Shown piece after piece: positions 58,634 to 64,000 of a DNA stretch of 64,000 nucleotides (its first letter is position 1; every line of letters begins with the position of its first letter). Under the pieces are notes generated by a model. The model did no database searches and was not told the DNA's origin. It saw only the letters and a list, made by a program, of their open reading frames with translations. The position numbers and the translations under genes were made by a program. This DNA comes from an uncultured Acidobacteriota bacterium (GTDB taxonomy: Bacteria; Acidobacteriota; Thermoanaerobaculia; Multivoradales; UBA5704), in the NCBI GenBank assembly GCA_963770895.1, contig CAVYRF010000002.1:4832001-4896000 (forward strand). The letters are read 5' to 3'.

Positions 58634-59483
58634 TCAGGGTTGCAGCTGGTACGGGCGCAGAGCGGCCGTCGCCTGGGCCATCGCCTGGCGCGCGGCGCCC
58701 AGGTGCGCCGCCTGGTCGTCGGCACGCCCGACCAGGCAGGAGTTGGCCGCCGCCTTGATCTCGCCGTAGGCGTTGGCGAGCGGCTGCGAGATGGCGGTCT
58801 GGGGGGCCGACAGCGCCTGCGGATCGGACGCCAAGGTGTCGACCGCGCTGCGCAGGTCGGTGCAGGCGTGCTGCACCCGTTGGGGGTCGGGCGGCGTCGC
58901 CTGCATGGCCATCCCCAGCTGGCCCAGGGCCAGGCGCACGCCGGCGGAGCGCGCCCAATAGGCCCGGTGCCAGCCGCGCACGGCGCGCTCGGCCTGGTCG
59001 CTGTCGGTGACGGTCGAGGGCGTCGCGGCGCCGAACGCGCGGCATCGTCGTGGTCTCGCCGGTGCGGGTGCGGCGCCAGTTTTGGATGTCGCGCTCGTTC
59101 TGCTCGGTCTGGCGCAGGTGCTCGGCCCATTGGGCGCGTTTGCGCGCGATCTCGTCGGGCGACGCCGGCGCCACGTCGTGCGGCGCCGGCAGGTCCGTCG
59201 AGACCGGCGTGGGTTTGAACGGATCGGTGGCGGGCGGCGCCGGATCGGGCGGGGTGGCGACCGTTGGAGCGGCGACCGTCGGGGCGGCGGCTGGGGCTGA
59301 GGCGGACGCCGCGGGGCTGCTGGCTCCGGCAAGGGCGGCCTCCCGGTCGCTGTGAGCCCAGGGGGTCGGGTGCGTATCGCAACCGGCAATCGCCAGGGCC
59401 AGCAGGAGCGGCACGGCGCTCAAAACCACCGGCGCGAGCCAGGCAGCGCGTGAGCGAGGCATCGACCTATTGAACATTTTCAT
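58634..59483 (-). pseudogene. Lipoprotein gene apparently split by a single-base frameshift near 59039
   Basis: N-terminal frame has a lipobox (LAIAG-C) and Pro-rich linker; a helical two-Cys C-terminal domain lies in another frame ending at 58634; removing one base after ATG CCG joins them. Confidence 0.6.
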
Positions 59484-59613
59484 TCTCCCGTTGCGACGAC
59501 GACATCGGGGACGGCAAAACTCAAATGCTCCAGACGCGATGCATCACAGTATATGCTATCGACGAACAACTGAGCCAGGCTTCCAGGACGTCGGCAGGTA
59601 TCCGGGAGGTACC

Positions 59614-62600
59614 GTGCAGGGCTATCGAGAACCGGCCGCCGGGCGGCCATGGTGGGCCGCTTTGCGGCTGAGGGCGACGCGGGCGGTGCTGCTGGCGCTC
59701 GCCTGCGCGCTGGCGATGGCGGGTGCGGCAGCCGCGGCAGGCCAGACCGACCTGGCGGCGGCGGCGCCGCGGCCGCTGAGCGATGCGGAGCGGCAGGCGG
59801 TGCAGCTCGCCGCCGAGTACATGACGCGGGGCGCCGACGCCTGGTGGCCGCACCTGGCCAGCACGTCGTGGCTGCGGGGGCTGGGGAGGGATGCGGCGCT
59901 GGCCGAGATCGAGACCCGCGCCGGCACTCCTCCCGGCTCCCGTTGGACGCTGGTCGCCGTGCCGGCCAACGTCGCCGCCCACACCGCCGCCTTTGCCGTC
60001 GAGTTTCCCTCCGGCACCGACGAGACCCTCTGGCTGGACCTGACGCAGGAGGCTGGCGGGTGGAAGATCGCCGCGGTGCGCATTGCCGCGGAACCGCTGG
60101 ATCGGCAGGCGGCGGCGGAGGCGGGAGCGGCCGCCGGCGCCGTGGGAGCGGTGGGGGGTACGCCGGGTGCCGCGGCGGCGGGTGGTGGGTCGGCGGACAG
60201 CGGCGCGGCGGGCGGCGGCATGGCGCGCGGCGGGGGCGCCCTGCTGGGCGCCGGTGCCGCCGGCGTCGTCGGCCTGCTGGTGCTGGTGGCCGGGCTGGTG
60301 CTGTCGCGGCGGCGGCCGGTTGCGGCGGCGCCGGCGTCGCCTCCGTCGCGCGGCTCGTTCGTGGCGATGGCGCCGCCGCCAGGCCCCTGGTGGGCCAAGG
60401 CACTGGCGGTTGGCGGCGCCGTCCTGATCGGGCTTGCCGGCCTGCGGGTTGCCACCCTGGCCGCCGGCGGCGAGCTGCGCGCCGACCTTGCCGCCCTGAC
60501 CGGCCGGGCGAAGGCGGCGCCGGCGGTTGCCGGCGGCGCCGGCTCCACGGCCGATGGCGCCGGCGCCGGTGCCGGCGCTGGCGACGCGTCGGGGCCGGTC
60601 GCCCTGCGCGCGCTGCTGCCGCTGCGCCGCGCCATCACCCAGGCGGCGGTGTCGCCCGGCGGGGCGGCGGCCGGCGCGGCGTCCGGCTCCACCCTGGCGG
60701 CGGTCGCCACGGCGGTACCGGCGCCGGTGTCGGCGGTCTCGGCGGGGGCGGCTGCCGCGGCGGGCTCACCGGCGGCGCCGGCGCAGGACGCCGGCGCGGC
60801 GGCCGACGCGGCGCTGGATGCGCTGGCCGCGGCGGCGGCGCCCGGCGATCCGCTGGCGTCGCCGGCCGGGCGGGTGGCGCTGGTCTGGCGCGCGCAGCAC
60901 CGCATCGACCGCGCCGACCTGGCGGGCGCCGCGGCCCTGCTCAGCCGGCTGCCGCACAGCCGCTCGACGCCGCTGGCGGAGCTGCTGCGGGCGCGCCTGG
61001 CGCTGCTGCGCCTGCAGGGCGTGGAAACCGGCGTGGCCTACGAGCGGGCCATCGACGCCGGCGTGGTCAACGAAGGCTGGCTGCTGGAGGCGATCGGCGC
61101 GCTGTACATCCTGGGCTTCGAAGAGACCGCCAAGCAGTACCTCGACCAGCTGGCGGCGCTCGGCGCGCGCGGCGCCGAAACGTGGTACGCGCTGGCCGAC
61201 CTGGCACTGATCGAAAATCGCAACGACCAGGCGCACCGCCTGTTCCGCACCGCCTGGCAGCTCGAACCGCTGTCGCGCGCAACGCTGCTGTCGCGCGAGC
61301 TGAGCGCCTTCATGCTGCAGGACCGCGATCTGCGCCGCATGCTCGCCCTGGGCGCCCCGACCGAGCCGGGCGTCGTCTGCCCCGGCGAATCGGGCCGGCC
61401 GCTGCAGCTGCCGGCCGGCGTCGGCGCAAGGCTCCTGGGCGGCACCCTGCGGCTGCGCGCCGGCACGGCCGAGGTCAAGGTGCCGGATGCCTGCGACCTG
61501 GCGCCGGCGGCGACGCCCCACGATTCCGCCGTCGCCTGGCAGGAGGAGCGCGAGAACGAAGCGCTGGCGCGCGTCCCCGAGCTGCGGCGCACCGCGGCCA
61601 GCGCCGCGGCGCTGGCACAGCCGGTGCTGCGCCGCCAGACCGAGGAGGCCGCGGTGGCGCTCGCCAACCGCCTGCGCTGGGCGGACCTGATCGAGATCAC
61701 CCAGAGCCTGGCCCTGCCGGCGGCGATCCTGCCGCCCGACCTGGCGCGGCTGCGCGCGACGGCGCTGTCGCACACCGGCCGGGACCCGGAGGCCCGGCAG
61801 TTGCTGGTGCGCGTCGCGCTGGGCGACAAGGTGAACCGCCGCGCCGACCCGGGCGTCCTGTACCAGCTGGCGGACCTGGTCGAAAAGGCGGGTGATTTCG
61901 ATTCGGCGCTGCGGCTGGTGGCCAAGGCCAACTCCGAGCTGCCGTCGCCGCCCAGCGGCGACCGCCAGCTACAGCTGCAGATGGAAAAGCGCCTGGCGTC
62001 GTCGCTCGACCAGTTCAAGAGCCAGCACTTCCTGGTCAACTATCCGACCTCGCGCGGGCCGGCGTTCGGCAAGGAGGCGGCGCGCATCCTGGAAGCCGAG
62101 CGCAAACGCCTGCAGCAGTGGATCCCGATCGGCGACGGCGGACCGCCGATCGACGTCCGCCTGCTGCCGTTCAGCGACTTCGAGATGGGCTACTCCGAGG
62201 GCGGCGACGTGCTGGGCCTGTTCGACGGCGTGGTCCGCCTGCCCCTGGGCAGCCTCAAGGTCTTCGGCCCCTTTGCCGTCTCCATCCTCAGCCACGAGCT
62301 GGCCCACGCCATGCTCGCGCAGCGCACCGGCGACCGCGCGCCGCACTGGTTCCACGAGGGGCTGGCGCAGCACATCGAGATGCACAGCGAGGGGCGCGTC
62401 AATCCCATCGGCGACTACCGCGACACCGACCGGCTGCTGGCGTTCCCGCTGCTCGAGCCGGCCATCTCCAGCTTCGCGTCGATCGTCTGGGTCACCGCCG
62501 CCTACGACGAAGCCCTGTGGACCCTCAACTACATCGAGAGCCGCTACGGCATCGCCGGCATCCACCACCTCGAAGACGAATTCCGCGCCGGCCGCACCAC

Positions 62601-62748
62601 CCCCGAAGCCATCTCGCACGCCCTGGGCACGCCCATCCAGCGCTTCGACCAGGACCTCTGGGACTGGTGCCTCCACCAGGCCCCGCGCGCCTACCACCTG
62701 GACCTGGTCCGCTACGACGGCGGCGACGCCGACCCCAAGAGGTTCTGA
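59614..62748 (+). CDS. Membrane-anchored TPR-like protein with C-terminal peptidase MA-like (gluzincin) domain
   Basis: GGAGG then GTG 59614; signal peptide and two TM segments; helical repeats; SHELAH...PHWFHEGLAQ. Confidence 0.75.
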   Translation: MQGYREPAAGRPWWAALRLRATRAVLLALACALAMAGAAAAAGQTDLAAAAPRPLSDAERQAVQLAAEYMTRGADAWWPHLASTSWLRGLGRDAALAEIETRAGTPPGSRWTLVAVPANVAAHTAAFAVEFPSGTDETLWLDLTQEAGGWKIAAVRIAAEPLDRQAAAEAGAAAGAVGAVGGTPGAAAAGGGSADSGAAGGGMARGGGALLGAGAAGVVGLLVLVAGLVLSRRRPVAAAPASPPSRGSFVAMAPPPGPWWAKALAVGGAVLIGLAGLRVATLAAGGELRADLAALTGRAKAAPAVAGGAGSTADGAGAGAGAGDASGPVALRALLPLRRAITQAAVSPGGAAAGAASGSTLAAVATAVPAPVSAVSAGAAAAAGSPAAPAQDAGAAADAALDALAAAAAPGDPLASPAGRVALVWRAQHRIDRADLAGAAALLSRLPHSRSTPLAELLRARLALLRLQGVETGVAYERAIDAGVVNEGWLLEAIGALYILGFEETAKQYLDQLAALGARGAETWYALADLALIENRNDQAHRLFRTAWQLEPLSRATLLSRELSAFMLQDRDLRRMLALGAPTEPGVVCPGESGRPLQLPAGVGARLLGGTLRLRAGTAEVKVPDACDLAPAATPHDSAVAWQEERENEALARVPELRRTAASAAALAQPVLRRQTEEAAVALANRLRWADLIEITQSLALPAAILPPDLARLRATALSHTGRDPEARQLLVRVALGDKVNRRADPGVLYQLADLVEKAGDFDSALRLVAKANSELPSPPSGDRQLQLQMEKRLASSLDQFKSQHFLVNYPTSRGPAFGKEAARILEAERKRLQQWIPIGDGGPPIDVRLLPFSDFEMGYSEGGDVLGLFDGVVRLPLGSLKVFGPFAVSILSHELAHAMLAQRTGDRAPHWFHEGLAQHIEMHSEGRVNPIGDYRDTDRLLAFPLLEPAISSFASIVWVTAAYDEALWTLNYIESRYGIAGIHHLEDEFRAGRTTPEAISHALGTPIQRFDQDLWDWCLHQAPRAYHLDLVRYDGGDADPKRF

Positions 62749-62754
62749 CCGGTC

Positions 62755-63999
62755 TCAGGGTGCGAAATCGTCCTCCCAATGCTCGTGCTCACCGCGGACG
62801 CCCAGGGCGAGCCGCTCCTCCTCCATGGCGCGCAGCTGCACGCGGCGGATCTTGCCCGAGACCGTCTTCGGCAGCTCGGCAAATTCCAGGCGCCGGATGC
62901 GGGCGTAGGGCGCCAGGCGCCGGCGTGAGAAGGCGAAGATCGCCGCCGCCGTGGCGCGGCTTGCCGGCGTGCCGGGCGTCAGCACGACGAACGCCTTGGG
63001 CACGCTGAGGCGCACCGGGTCGGGGCTGGGCACCACGGCGGCCTCGACCACCGCGGGGTGCTCGATGAGCGCGCTTTCCAGCTCGAAAGGGCTGATGCGG
63101 TAGTCCGAGCTCTTGAACACGTCGTCCGAGCGGCCGACATACCAGTAGTAGCCGTCCGAGTCGCGCATCGCCGTATCCGAGGTCCGGTACCAGGCGCCGC
63201 CCGGCAGCGCCGCGCTGCGCTCGGGGCTGTCCAGGTAGCCGGCCATCAACGCCGCCGGCCGCGTGGCCAGGTCGATGGCAATCTCGCCCTCGTCGGTTTC
63301 TGGAGACTCCGGGGTCTCCTGTGTCTCCGGGATCGTCCATGTTTCCGGAGTCTCAGGCGTTCCTTGGACCTTCGGGATCTCGGGCGTCTCCGCGAGCGCT
63401 GGCCTCTGCAAGGACTCAGCAGCCTCCGAGGTTTCCGCGGCCTCCGGCGGCAGGAGTGCGATGCGATAGCCGGGCAACGGTCGCCCCATGGAGCCGAGCT
63501 TGACCTGCTGACCGGGCGAGTTGCCGATCTGGCAGGTGGTTTCGGTCTGGCCGTAGCCGTCGCGGATGGTCAGCCCCCAGGCAGCCCGCACGCGCGCGAT
63601 CACCTCCGGATTCAGCGGCTCGCCGGCGCTGGTCAGCTCGCGCAGCTGCACCGGATAGGACGCCAGGTCTTCGAGCACCAGCATCCGCCAGACGGTCGGC
63701 GGAGCGCACAGGGTGCTCACCGCGCAGCGCGCGACGACGTCCAGCGTCTTTCTGGCGTCAAATCGCCCCTGCGGCGGGATGAAGATCGTTGCACCGGCGT
63801 TCCAAGGCGCGAAGAAGCTGCTCCAGGCGTGCTTCGCCCATCCCGGCGAGCTGATATTGAGATGCACGTCGTGAGGACGCAAGCCGATCCAGTACATCGT
63901 CGACAGGTGGCCGACCGGGTAGCTCTCGTGCGTATGTAGCACCATCTTCGGCTTCGCCGTCGTGCCCGAGGTGAAATAGAGCAGGAACGGGTCGCTGGC
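62755..63999 (-). CDS. AMP-binding acyl-CoA synthetase (5' truncated by window edge)
   Basis: LYFTSGTTAKPK, SAGEPLNP, DGYGQTET, GRSDDVFKSS, LPKTVSGKIRR. Confidence 0.93.
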   Translation of the reverse strand, partial: ASDPFLLYFTSGTTAKPKMVLHTHESYPVGHLSTMYWIGLRPHDVHLNISSPGWAKHAWSSFFAPWNAGATIFIPPQGRFDARKTLDVVARCAVSTLCAPPTVWRMLVLEDLASYPVQLRELTSAGEPLNPEVIARVRAAWGLTIRDGYGQTETTCQIGNSPGQQVKLGSMGRPLPGYRIALLPPEAAETSEAAESLQRPALAETPEIPKVQGTPETPETWTIPETQETPESPETDEGEIAIDLATRPAALMAGYLDSPERSAALPGGAWYRTSDTAMRDSDGYYWYVGRSDDVFKSSDYRISPFELESALIEHPAVVEAAVVPSPDPVRLSVPKAFVVLTPGTPASRATAAAIFAFSRRRLAPYARIRRLEFAELPKTVSGKIRRVQLRAMEEERLALGVRGEHEHWEDDFAP

Positions 64000-64000
64000 G

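Noticed and set aside
55441-58758. 1105-aa plus-strand ORF
   Set aside because: Antisense shadow of the TonB-dependent receptor

Overview
Very GC-rich bacterial DNA. Two ADOP-type orphan permeases, an Oar-type TonB-dependent receptor and an IPTL-CTERM-like motif suggest Acidobacteriota, possibly Thermoanaerobaculia; this is inferred, not tested. Most of the window is ordinary metabolic and envelope genes: treZ plus a debranching enzyme, AKR-TetR, a YyaL-like protein, an nfeD-stomatin-SPOR-lnt-prfB-GT4-GT-C-Nudix operon with the canonical prfB +1 frameshift, a class II photolyase, fbaB, patatin, cytochrome c and an acyl-CoA ligase. Two things stand out. (1) Three short minus-strand RiPP-like precursor peptides (5486-5695, 7379-7528, 7754-7915) share a (K/R)xLxLx(K/R)ETLxR leader and 4-Cys, Ser/Thr-rich cores. 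One is missing from the ORF track, and no maturase is visible in the window. (2) A surface-appendage-like locus: a 2731-aa protein has an INTERNAL VPTL sorting motif followed by a second signal peptide, then 16 two-Cys Ig-like repeats and a beta-helix tip. It is followed by three paralogous phage tail-collar (MdpB-like) genes outside any prophage, and faces a convergent TBDR-MFP-MacB-like-TolC operon with no ATPase. Also seen: a MOSC/BtuF-like fusion, an internally deleted nucleotidyltransferase gene, a frameshifted lipoprotein gene, and recurrent in-frame micro-repeat insertions in enzymes. No rRNA, tRNA, CRISPR array or transposase was recognised. All family assignments come from reading motifs by eye; no searches were run.
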